A stretch of DNA of 32,847 nucleotides from Octopus bimaculoides (Eukaryota), in contig NC_068981.1 of the NCBI RefSeq assembly GCF_001194135.2, forward strand, positions 139,263,107 to 139,295,953. The letters are read 5' to 3'. Below are positions 1 through 9,867 of the stretch, piece by piece. Positions within the stretch are counted from its first letter, which is position 1; every line of letters starts with the position of its first letter. The position numbers and the translations under genes were made by a program. The notes below the pieces were generated by a model that was not told the DNA's origin, ran no database searches, and was given only the letters and a program-made list of their open reading frames with translations.

Positions 1-311
1 TCATGGGGAAAGAAACAGGCATAGATTTGGGTGGGTGAGAGGTTGGTAAATATGTAAAATTAGAAATTTTTAGAAAAATAATTGTTTTATAATCATAATT
101 ACCGTTGTATAAAACACAGGAATATTAAAAAACTAAAAAATATAAGCGTAGGAAAAGAAATCACCCTCTTCATTGTCCCTGTCCATGTCCAAGAGATAGT
201 TATAGTTATTCCTATACTTCACCAATATATGTATGTATGTATGTATGTATGTATAAATGGATGGATGGATGGATGAAGGGATGATGTTATGTGAGGAGAA
301 CTATCATTATC

Positions 312-506
312 TCAAAATCTAAATCGCTTATGTATGAATTGTGGTCTCGTAGTCTCGTGGTTGCTTATGTGTCGATAGTTCGGCGTCAGTTGATGCGCCT
401 CTGTAGTAATAACCAAATTTAAATAACTAAGTTTGTGAGATGCCGTCTCTAATGTTGTGGTTAATCTATTCTGAGTAGTGAATTGGAACAGAATCAGCTC
501 TCCCAA
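312..506 (-). mobile_element. Possible degraded Penelope-like (PLE) reverse-transcriptase C-terminal fragment
   Basis: The minus-strand peptide LTTTLETASHKLSYLNLVITTEAHQLTPNYRH loosely follows the PLE RT pattern FTxExE..xLxFLDxxI....L.T..YRK. Judged by eye only. Confidence 0.3.
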
Positions 507-765
507 AGCACGCTGAGTATTGTACGATATGGACGACTACATCAAACATGCAATAATCTCGATAGATTAAGTCGGTTTCCATTAACACCAATTGTATACT
601 GACGAAAATTCTTGTTTGTATATATGCAATGGTGCATACATGAGTCTACGTTATTAACATGGATATAAAACTGTACGTGTACGTGTACGTGTGTGCGTGC
701 GCGTGTGAATGTGTGAGTGTGTACGTATACATACATATGTATATAAATATATATATATATATATA

Positions 766-1320
766 NNNNNNNNNNNNNNNNNNNNNNNNNNNNNNNNNNN
801 NNNNNNNNNNNNNNNNNNNNNNNNNNNNNNNNNNNNNNNNNNNNNNNNNNNNNNNNNNNNNNNNNNNNNNNNNNNNNNNNNNNNNNNNNNNNNNNNNNNN
901 NNNNNNNNNNNNNNNNNNNNNNNNNNNNNNNNNNNNNNNNNNNNNNNNNNNNNNNNNNNNNNNNNNNNNNNNNNNNNNNNNNNNNNNNNNNNNNNNNNNN
1001 NNNNNNNNNNNNNNNNNNNNNNNNNNNNNNNNNNNNNNNNNNNNNNNNNNNNNNNNNNNNNNNNNNNNNNNNNNNNNNNNNNNNNNNNNNNNNNNNNNNN
1101 NNNNNNNNNNNNNNNNNNNNNNNNNNNNNNNNNNNNNNNNNNNNNNNNNNNNNNNNNNNNNNNNNNNNNNNNNNNNNNNNNNNNNNNNNNNNNNNNNNNN
1201 NNNNNNNNNNNNNNNNNNNNNNNNNNNNNNNNNNNNNNNNNNNNNNNNNNNNNNNNNNNNNNNNNNNNNNNNNNNNNNNNNNNNNNNNNNNNNNNNNNNN
1301 NNNNNNNNNNNNNNNNNNNN
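766..1320. other. Assembly gap (N-run) flanked by TA/CA microsatellites
   Basis: Ns seen directly. The other gaps are 6513-6522, 11454-11778, 14333-14711 and 30432-30766. Confidence 0.99.
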
Positions 1321-1507
1321 TGCACACACATGTACGTGTACTTACAGGCACACGTAAATCTAAGTGAATACATACATATATATCTATATATGGAAACAGG
1401 CGCAGGCGCATGCACACACACACACACACACACACTCACACACAAACATTTTTATAAGAAACTGAACCGCACTTGGAAATGACAGTCAATGATGTTTTAT
1501 GTGAGGA

Positions 1508-1582
1508 GACATACACAGAATACACACACAGTGACATACAGAGAATACACACACAGTGACATACACAGAATACACACACACA
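1508..1582 (+). repeat. 25-bp minisatellite, about 3 units, derived from a CA microsatellite
   Basis: GACATACACAGAATACACACACAGT repeated at 1508, 1533 and 1558 (last unit partial). Confidence 0.85.
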
Positions 1583-1828
1583 CACGTCTCTCTCCACACA
1601 TTCTCTCTTTCATCATCTCTCTCACTCTCACTCTCTCTCTAGCATATTTCTTTATTAAGTATATCGAATATTTACTCTTTCCATGGTACTTCTTCACCAG
1701 CGACTTATGTCGTTGCACCGAATAATATATAAATTACTCTTAAGCATTTGTTGAGTAGCTTCAGTGAGTTATACTCCAATTAAATTGAGTTAAAATGTAT
1801 TCTGTAGAGTTCATGTCAATCTTATTGT

Positions 1829-1829
<1 letters not shown>

Positions 1830-1905
<76 letters not shown>
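1830..1905. repeat. Compound (CT)n(CA)n microsatellite
   Basis: Seen directly. Confidence 0.95.
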
Positions 1906-2090
1906 TTGTATTGATACGACCGTATATTTACATCGCTATCGAAGTACTTATGAACGCATAAACAGTGCAAATGTTTGTAGTCTTATAAACACATTCATTC
2001 ATACATAAATACATATATACTAGAATAAGCATACTCAAACTTATGTCTATACACACCGACTTTGCGAATGTATGTATACTTATATATTGT

Positions 2091-2340
2091 TTTTCTTTTA
2101 TTTGTTTCAGTCATTTGACTGCGGCCATGCTGGATCACCACCTTTAGTCGAACAAATCGACTCCAGGACTTATTCTTTTGTAAGCCTCAGTATTTAATCT
2201 ATCGATCTCTTTGGATCTAGTTTTTTTTTTTCATTCGCAAAATATGCATTTTTTAAAAGACAGCAACCGCTAAGTTACGGGGACATAAACACACCAACAT
2301 CGGTTGTCAAGCGATAAACACAGATAAACATAGACACACG
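2091..2340 (-). mobile_element. SINE family B, 3' half, with a ~50-bp poly-T-containing insertion
   Basis: Reverse complement matches the 3' half of the full copy at 29002-29438 (TGTTTCAGTCATTTGACTGCGGCCATGCTGG...CCGCTAAGTTACGGGGAC...CGGTTGTCAAGCGAT). Extra sequence sits at about 2216-2262. Confidence 0.9.
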
Positions 2341-2527
2341 AACTCACTTTTCTTGGCACTCCGATTCATCTAGACTGGTTGGTCTAATTTGCATAACAGT
2401 GCATGCACTGACAGTCTAGATTAATAAATTCATCTATAATGAACTATATTACCCATTCTTTTTTTTTGTGGATGGAGTTGATGCATATTTTGCTTTTTTT
2501 TATTTTTTGGTTATATACAATGCAAGG

Positions 2528-2780
2528 TTTGTTTGTTGGCACTCCGTCGCTTACGACGTCGAGGGTTCCAGTTGATCCGATCAACGGAACAGCCTGCTCG
2601 TAAAATTAACGTGCAAGTGGCTGAGCACTCCACAGACACGTGTACCCTTAACGTTGTTTTCAGGGAGATTCAGCGTGACAGAGAGTGTGCAATTCATTTT
2701 TGCCAGCTGCATAGACTGGGGCAATGTGGAATAAAGTGTCTTGCTCAAGGACACAACGTGCTGCCGGGAATCGAACACAG
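2528..2780 (-). mobile_element. SINE family C (tRNA B-box, CORE-like domain, hairpin 3' tail), 5'-truncated
   Basis: On the minus strand: GTTCGATTCC B-box, then TGTGTCCTTGAGCAAGACACTT...CAGCTGGCAAAAATGA (MIR/CORE-like), then a tail ending CGTCGTAAGCGACGGAGTGCCAACAAACAAA. Homologous to 22553-22872. Confidence 0.9.
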
Positions 2781-3000
2781 TTTAATCTACACAGTATAAA
2801 GATGAGAGAGGCTAATAGTTTCTTGCCGTGAAGACACGTGGATAGGCAGATTTGTATAACGTGCTTTTGTCTCCAATGAATTCGTGTACTCAGACAGTAT
2901 AGTCTGCTGAATCTGAAAAGTTGGAATAAATACGGTCAAGCATTTTGTCCGATGCGCTGCCGGTTTTGCCATTTTGCCATTTTGCCGCCTTTTAAACAGT

Positions 3001-3217
3001 AATAATATTGGGTTTAAACTTTGGCACAAGGCCAGCCGTTTTAGGAGTGGGCGGGTTTAGTGGATTACATAAATACTAATATTTGACTTGCACTTTATTT
3101 TATCGACCCCGAAAGGATGAAACGCAAAGTGGACTTCGACGTGAATTGAACTCAGACCGAAAAGATCTGACACAAATACTGCAAGGCATTTTGTCTGATA
3201 CTAGCAACGATATTGCT
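3001..3217 (-). mobile_element. SINE family A, diverged near-full copy
   Basis: Reverse complement aligns to 22031-22243 (TTTTATCGACCCCGAAAGGATGAAA...GAACTCAG). Confidence 0.85.
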
Positions 3218-3239
3218 ATATTACCATCTTTGATTCCAA

Positions 3240-3426
3240 TCATAGGCTCAAAGCTAGAAATAGGTGCTGAGGGAGATAGTCGATTCTTCCGACCGTAGAA
3301 CTTGACAAGTACTTTATCTTATCAACTTCGAGCGAAGCTGAACTCGCTGGAACTTGAATTCAGAACTTAAAGAGCTGGAAGAAATATCACTATGCAGTTT
3401 TTCTGATGCTTTAACGATTCTGTTAA
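3240..3426 (-). mobile_element. SINE family A, highly degraded copy
   Basis: GTACTTTATCTTATCAAC...GGAACTTGAATTCAGAAC...TAACGATTCTG is colinear with family A. Confidence 0.6.
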
Positions 3427-4574
3427 TACAGTTGAGTGTAGACTGCAGTCACTATACTTAGAAGTATAGTGGGTACCTTCTACTAAATTATAATTCAATT
3501 ATAGCAGGGCATTGACCAATAATTTATATAATAAATAAAATGGACTTCATTATTTCCAATGTCTTGCAACAGAAATAGGCACAGAAGTGCTAAACGTGGC
3601 AATTAAGAAAAATTATTCGGGTTTGATAAACATTATTGTCGTTTTAGCTTGTTAGCGATTTGCTAACTAACGCATTATAGAGAATCTTGTTTAAAAAGAT
3701 ACATTATGTGGCGCTAGAAAATGAGATTAATTGATAATTAATTTGGTTAGTTGTGGCTCTCATTTATCATACGAGGCTATAACTTACTTTTAATTGATTG
3801 ATTATACATGATTTTTTTTATAACGCGGCCAAAAGAAGAGGGATAATTGTACAGTGAAATTTATACGGCTGATGTTAATTTTGAACATCTGTAATTCGAT
3901 GTCCATGGCAAAAAAAAAAAAGTGTGCGGCTAAACAATGTAGGAAGGGTTACAATTTCGGAGTCTAAGATGTGAATCAGCGTAGACATATAATAAACATT
4001 GAAATAATGGTTCTTTACTTTGAATCCTATAATTTCATACATTTATATTACGTACTGTCAGTGGTGTATAACAGTATAACAGCTTCATTCCGAAATTCGT
4101 ATAACAGCTATCACCTGAATAGCTAATTGTTTGGACTGAGTGAATATGAAAATACTTCTAATTTTCTCATGAAGCGTGTTGATGAATGTTTTAAAATTTG
4201 GATGGAATGTGTCTCTATTGAGATGTGATAATAAGTTCTATTGTGCGCTTCGGCTATAACATGAAAAAAAAAATGCATATAGGCTCATGGAGAATTATTT
4301 CATAGTTTATTCTAAAATGTCCCCAGTTCAAAAAGGGCGCTGAAATTGATAGAGTTAGCGTTTAGAATGTTTAAAACAGATTAAATCGTTTTGCCGCGAG
4401 GAACAGACACAAAGGTTTAACGTTTCGAGTTGTGTCCTTCGTTAGGGAGATGATTCCTGGTAGTCTCCAATACCTCCATTGATTATATCCCTCTCCTTGA
4501 TTCGTATCACCTTGTAAACCCCACGTTTATTCTTTACTATTTTGTGCTTTCATTATTGCTTCTTTATTATTTCT

Positions 4575-4658
4575 TCTTCTACTTCGTCTTCTACTTCGTC
4601 TTCTACTTCGTCTTCTACTTCGTCTTCTACTTCGTCTTCTACTTCGTCTTCTACTTCT
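4575..4658 (+). repeat. 12-bp tandem repeat (TCTTCTACTTCG), 6 perfect units plus 1 imperfect
   Basis: Seen directly. It produces the SSSTSSST and FYFVFYFV ORFs. Confidence 0.95.
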
Positions 4659-5230
4659 TCTCTATCTGTTTCTCTCACTCTCATTACACCCAATTATCAA
4701 TTTATTCAATATCATCAGAAAACACCACGAAATTTATTTCTCTTTTCAACTGTTTATACTCACTAATTGCCGACGCAAGCCATCACTGGTGTCCACAGAG
4801 CCTATTATTTACTTTGTTAAAAAAACAAAAACAAAAAAATACAAAAGGAATTACCGTATTCTGTTGGAAAAGAATAAAAGACATCACACAACCCCATCCT
4901 CATATAGACCAAATATATTATGTTCTTAAACATTAAGTCTAGTTTCAGCAAAGGTAAATAAAAATACAAAAGAATTCCGCCTGATTGTGCATGGCTGCAC
5001 AATCAGAGAATTCTTGTCATGAGGTTATGTGGATGAAAACATATTTAATGATTTAGAACATAAAAAAATTTGCTAAAATAAAATCAAATATTCAATGAAG
5101 AAATGAGAAATATTTGTAGATTAATAATATTTATTTTTCATCTGTATTTACAAGAGAGAACATTATGATTGCTTCATTACCGTTGGAGTCCAGCGTTAGC
5201 GTAGCGACGGCGTAATTGTGTAGGTTGTTA

Positions 5231-5432
5231 CTGTTGTAGTCATTTAACCCTGGTCAAACCTGATTAAAATGAGTTATAGCCAAAGGCATACCAAACATGA
5301 CCACCTCTCCTTTTCTTTTATGAAACCTTATATATATATGGCACTATAGTGTCTAAGTCCTTTCTTTTCTTATGACTATAGATGTAGTTTGAAGGAAATT
5401 TTGCTGTTGTTTCTAGCAAGTTGAATGACCGC
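5231..5432 (-). mobile_element. SINE-like family E copy (core GCTAGAAATAGCAGCCAAAT-like, CAA-type tail)
   Basis: Reverse complement is colinear with 13860-14055 over about 190 bp. Confidence 0.65.
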
Positions 5433-5530
5433 GTTGGGGATCTCCGTATTCACTCATGTGAAGTTTGTAGATAATGTTATAAATCTGAACTTTTGTAGTT
5501 CACCGAATGGCATCCTCACTTGTTTTACAA

Positions 5531-5676
<146 letters not shown>

Positions 5677-5940
5677 TTATTTCAGCCAAACTGCAGGAAA
5701 TTTTACGAAATGGTTTATTATGAAAAGGTTCTTAGACTATCTAATTCATAATGTTCCTCCTTTTAGATAATTGCATGCATTGGTGCACCACACTTAAGTT
5801 AAACTTTTATGGAAAATACTAAAGGAGTCGCGAACTTACACGTTGACACATTATCGGTCGTGTTTTCTATTCACTGATAAGAATGTCCTGCTCATATTAT
5901 AATACTGACGAAGATGTTTTTAGAAACTGCGTTCAAAATA

Positions 5941-6512
5941 CAGGTGTTGGACAAAATAATGGAAACACCTAGCATCATAGCATCATAATTTTGAAATATC
6001 TATAAAACCGTCAAAAGTTTGTCTATTTTTATGTTTTTTTGAGGATCTGTGTTGATCTGGGGATCCGCCGGTCCGATGGTTTCCCTTCATGGCAGAATTA
6101 ATAGTCAAGACTATTTAAGCATTTTATCTGATCAAATTCATTCTATGGTTGCGGAACTGTTTCCGGAGGGAAACACAATCTTTCAAGATGATAGTACACT
6201 AATTCACACAGTAAAGTTCTTACGGAATGGCACGAGGAACATTCTAGTGAAGTTGAACATCTTATCTGACCACCACAGTCCCCAGATCTCAACATTATTG
6301 AACATTTATGGTGCAATTTAGAAAAACAACTAACCATCATCACTACAAGAACTGGAGACTGTTTTAGCTGAAGAATGGACAAAAACCCCTTTGGAAAAAA
6401 TTCAAACTTTGTACGAATCCATACCTCGGAGAATCCAAGCTGTAATTACAGCCAAAGATGGTCCTACCCCCTATTAAAATAAATTTGTTTGAAATTTTAA
6501 GGTGCTTCCATT
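5941..6512 (+). mobile_element. Internally deleted Tc1/mariner-superfamily DNA transposon (non-autonomous), with a transposase C-terminal pseudogene at 6043-6477
   Basis: TA at 5939-5940, then left end CAGGTGTTGGACAAAATAATGGAAACACCT. The right-end remnant AGGTGCTTCCATT (6500-6512) matches the reverse complement of 5958-5970 at 12/13 positions before the gap. Translation with 2 frameshifts and 1 stop: GSVLIWG...IFQDDSTLIHT/KVLTEWHEEHSSEVEHLI*PPQSPDLNIIEHLW...LQELETVLAEEW...IPRRIQAVITAKDGPTPY*. Confidence 0.95.
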
Positions 6513-6522
6513 NNNNNNNNNN

Positions 6523-6857
6523 AATAATAATAATAAAAAATGCCCTGATGCAGTACCAGGCAGTGGCTCTCATGGCTTCTGATCTTAATCAATTGGAAGT
6601 GTTATCATGTACATTGTTTTGTCTTGGTATAAAAGATGGACTATAGTAAATATTCTGCTCAATACCACAGATTTGCTTGTCATTTGTTTGACCTTAACCA
6701 GTTAAACATGTCTCTTGGTGACTGACGATATGTGCATCTCTGATCATGAGTAGAAGTAATGGGGAAGCATCATGGCCACGTGTTGAGAGATTCTTTGGGG
6801 TTTGAATAATACACATCTGGAAACATGCGTGTTTCGTTCAACATCCTTAAACAAACC
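6523..6857 (-). mobile_element. Tailed 3' end of a non-LTR retrotransposon (left arm of the inverted repeat); likely R4/Dong 3' UTR
   Basis: 6538-6857 is the reverse complement of 7527-7849 (about 26 substitutions plus 1 indel by manual count) and carries a (TAA)n tail on its left. Confidence 0.85.
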
Positions 6858-7423
6858 AACTGGCACCAGCGACATAAGTGATTTAAATGGGATCAGAAGA
6901 TGTTTGATGAGTTGCAGGAAGTAATAAGTAAAGAAGTAAGAAAAAGATTGCCAGCATTAAAAGGCACCAACAGAAGGAAGCTGCTAGAAATGACTAGGAG
7001 GGGTAGTAGCCATCAGCAGATTAGTTATCTCACAGGGAAAGATTGGAAAAGAGCAAATGTAGAAAATTAAGTAAAGACTCTACAAGATCTGAGTGGAATA
7101 GAAGCCTGGAAACTGAACAAGTTAGGAAATACAAGATGCAAATCTTCTCTTGAGAAAAAATAGTTAGTGAAGGAGAAAGGATTTGGGACATTCATAGAAG
7201 AGTTGCAATAGCGTATCATAGCAGAAGCAAGCAAGCTCTCCAGATATCAGAAACGAATAGATCAATATCAACAAAATAGATTGAGACAGACCAGTGGAAA
7301 TCTTATAACCAAATAAATAATGGAGAACGAAGTTCTGTAGATGAGAAACCTAATTCAGAAGTTAGAAAGTTCTGGTATAATATTTGGGATAAGCCAGTAA
7401 ATCGTGATGGAGATGCAATATGA
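6858..7423 (+). mobile_element. R4/Dong-clade (REL-endonuclease) non-LTR retrotransposon ORF fragment, pre-RT region, degenerate
   Basis: Translation with stops and frameshifts: RKRLPALKGTNRRKLLEMT...RCKSSLEKK*LVKEKGFGTFIEELQ*RIIAEASKLSRYQKRIDQYQQNRL/DQWKSYNQIN...EVRKFWYNIWDKPV. This follows the RYxxRxxQYxQNRLF...FWxxIW motif series upstream of the RT in R4/Dong-like elements. Confidence 0.85.
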
Positions 7424-7871
7424 CGATCTCGTATCAAGATAAACAGCGCATGACCTCGCAGATGGGGCCCAGTTAGAATTTTCTTCAGGTCGAGTAACCC
7501 ATCCCACTCAAAAGTTCCCTGAATAAGGTTTGTTTAAGGATGTTGAACGAAACACGCATGTTTCCAGCGGTGTATTATTCAAACCACAAAGAATCTCTCA
7601 ACACATGGCTATGATGCCCCCCCCCCACTACTTCTGCTCATGATCAGATATGCACATATCGTCAGCCACCAAGGGACATGCTCAACTGGTTAAGGTCAAA
7701 CAACTGACAAGCAAATCTGTGGTATTAAGCAGAATATTTGTTGTAGCCCATCTTTTATACCATGATAAAACAATGTACATGATAACACTTCCAATCGATT
7801 AAGATCAGAAGCCATGAGAACCACCGCCTGTTACTGCATCAGGGCATTTATTATTATTATTATTATTATTA
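7424..7871 (+). mobile_element. Tailed 3' end (probable 3' UTR) of the same retrotransposon, ending in (TTA)n
   Basis: Directly abuts the ORF fragment in the same orientation and ends CAGGGCATT(TAT)n. A third partial copy lies at 17845-17987. Confidence 0.8.
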
Positions 7872-8005
7872 TGAGGCGGCGAGCTGGCAGAATCGTTAGC
7901 TCGCTGGACGAAATGCTTAGCGGTATTTCGCCCGCCGCTAAGTTCTGAGTTTAAATTCTACCGACGTCGACTTTGCCTTTCATCCTTTCCGGGTTCATAA
8001 ATTAA
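7872..8005 (+). mobile_element. SINE family A, 5' portion
   Basis: GAGGCGGCGAGCTGGCAGAATCGTTAGC...GACTTTGCCTTTCATCCTTT closely matches 22031-22160. Confidence 0.92.
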
Positions 8006-8206
8006 ACATAAGGCCATATGGTATATTGTGTCCGAGTTATATCTAAAAATCAGAACAGATGAGATGGTCCTGATAGGTACGTCTTTAACGGTAGGGAAGC
8101 AAGCCTGGAATTGCTATCATTAAAAATTTCTCTTCTTCTCATTGTATTTTTGAGCTTATTTTAGTTTTTTTTTTAATATTCTAAATTATTATAAGATAAA
8201 CACACA

Positions 8207-8247
8207 GTGCCTTCGTGCCTTCGTGCCTTCGTGCCTCCGTGCCACGG
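8207..8247 (+). repeat. 8-bp tandem repeat (GTGCCTTC), about 4 units, ending in a GTGCC-AC-GGCAC palindrome
   Basis: Seen directly. Confidence 0.8.
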
Positions 8248-8324
8248 CACACAGTTATGAGCTCACAACGCCTTTACTGGACGGGTCACTGCTGTCCAGA
8301 GTATGAACTACTTTTATCTCTCAT

Positions 8325-8473
8325 CGTTTACCTCTTTCAGTCTGCGGCCATGAATCGAAACCAGTCCTTATCCTTTTTTTTAAAGCTTGGTATTTATTCT
8401 ATCGATTCTTTTGCCGAACTGCTAGATAACGGTGACGTAAATACAACACCGGTTGCCAAGAAGTGATGAGGAA

Positions 8474-8570
<97 letters not shown>

Positions 8571-8716
8571 GAAACTGTACGGTGATACGTATAAAAATAT
8601 AAAAATCAATTTGTTAACCGCTAAGTTACGGGGACGTAAACACACCAACAGCAGTTGTCAAAGGGTGATGGGGCACAATCATAGACACAAAGATACACAC
8701 ACACACACACACACAC
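8325..8716 (-). mobile_element. Two adjacent SINE family B fragments, each ending in (CA)n
   Basis: CAGTCTGCGGCCATG...CCGGTTGCCAAG at 8338-8460 and AACCGCTAAGTTACGGGGACGTAAACACACC at 8616-8646. Confidence 0.75.
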
Positions 8717-9119
8717 AGAAAACTGTAAGGTGATACCAATTTGTTAACATGTAGTTTCTTATATTAGAATATTAGTAATATACTCAGCAACTTTTTTTTT
8801 AGCAGATTTAAATTCCTCTTTACTTACCGATGTTCAAGCAAACAGAAAAATAAAAGGAAAAAAAAGCAGAATAAGATCGAAGCAACAACTATTTACGATT
8901 AATATTTGAATGTCTGTGGCTTTATATGCATTTCTGAATATAAAGAAACAGATAACCATTAAACATTTACACATATTTGCCCATGTTTAGCATAACAGTC
9001 AGTCATGCTGTCATAGAAATAAGGAATTTATATCCGTTAATTATTTCAAGGCTTAACCAGAGATCTTGACTTCTCTCCAAAAACCATTTCCGCGTTTTCT
9101 CTCCATCTTCCAAATGCGA

Positions 9120-9402
9120 TACCACATACATACACACATACATACATACATACATACATACATACATACATACATGTATGTAAGTGTGTATAATATGTAT
9201 ATATACATATATACACTCACATGTGTGTATATATATTATACTATATATATATGCATATATGTATTATATATATCATATATATATTATATTATATGTACAT
9301 ATATGTATTGTATATATCATATATTTATGTATGCATGTATGTATCTATGTATCATATATATATGTATCATATATAATGTATGCACGCATGTATCTATGTA
9401 TG
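9120..9402. repeat. (CATA)n/(TA)n degenerate microsatellite tract
   Basis: Seen directly. Confidence 0.9.
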
Positions 9403-9788
9403 TGAAGAAAATGGGAATGAGAAACCGCACAGAAAAATTTGCAACTGGCAAAGTTATTCATGTATAAACATATATATTCTTCATGGATAGGATTTATTAA
9501 TATGCGTAAAGTTCTCAAGAAAAGTAATCCCGTTTCTTTCTATTCTTTTTCTTTTGCCAGCCGGATGTATATTATGGGTTATGGGTTCAAAGTTCAGCAA
9601 TTGATAAGTCAGCATCTGAAAGAAGAGCTCTCGGGATGCTATTTCTGAAGGTTTAAATTATGGGCGAATTTTTCCAGAAGTTGTAGCGAATATGTCATAT
9701 GCAGCAATTGCATTCGATATGAAAGTCTCTTGTGGTTTGTTAAACATTCCTCTGATGGCTGGTTGCTACGTATTTTGTGAGCTCACGA

Positions 9789-9867
<79 letters not shown>

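Noticed and set aside
4575-4658. Possible CRISPR-like array (also 1508-1582 and 31465-31542)
   Set aside because: Head-to-tail repeats with no unique spacers, in a eukaryotic context with no cas genes.
4544-4936. 130-aa ORF with FYFV repeats and the SSST-repeat ORF
   Set aside because: Both arise from the 12-bp tandem repeat; no domain signal.
5900-5917. TAATACTGACGAAGATGT resembles miR-8/200
   Set aside because: Only the first 8 nt match my recollection of the mature sequence, and I see no complementary hairpin arm.
8822-8900. Minus-strand donor TCG|GTAAGT
   Set aside because: The upstream pyrimidine tract has no AG acceptor, so no exon can be defined.
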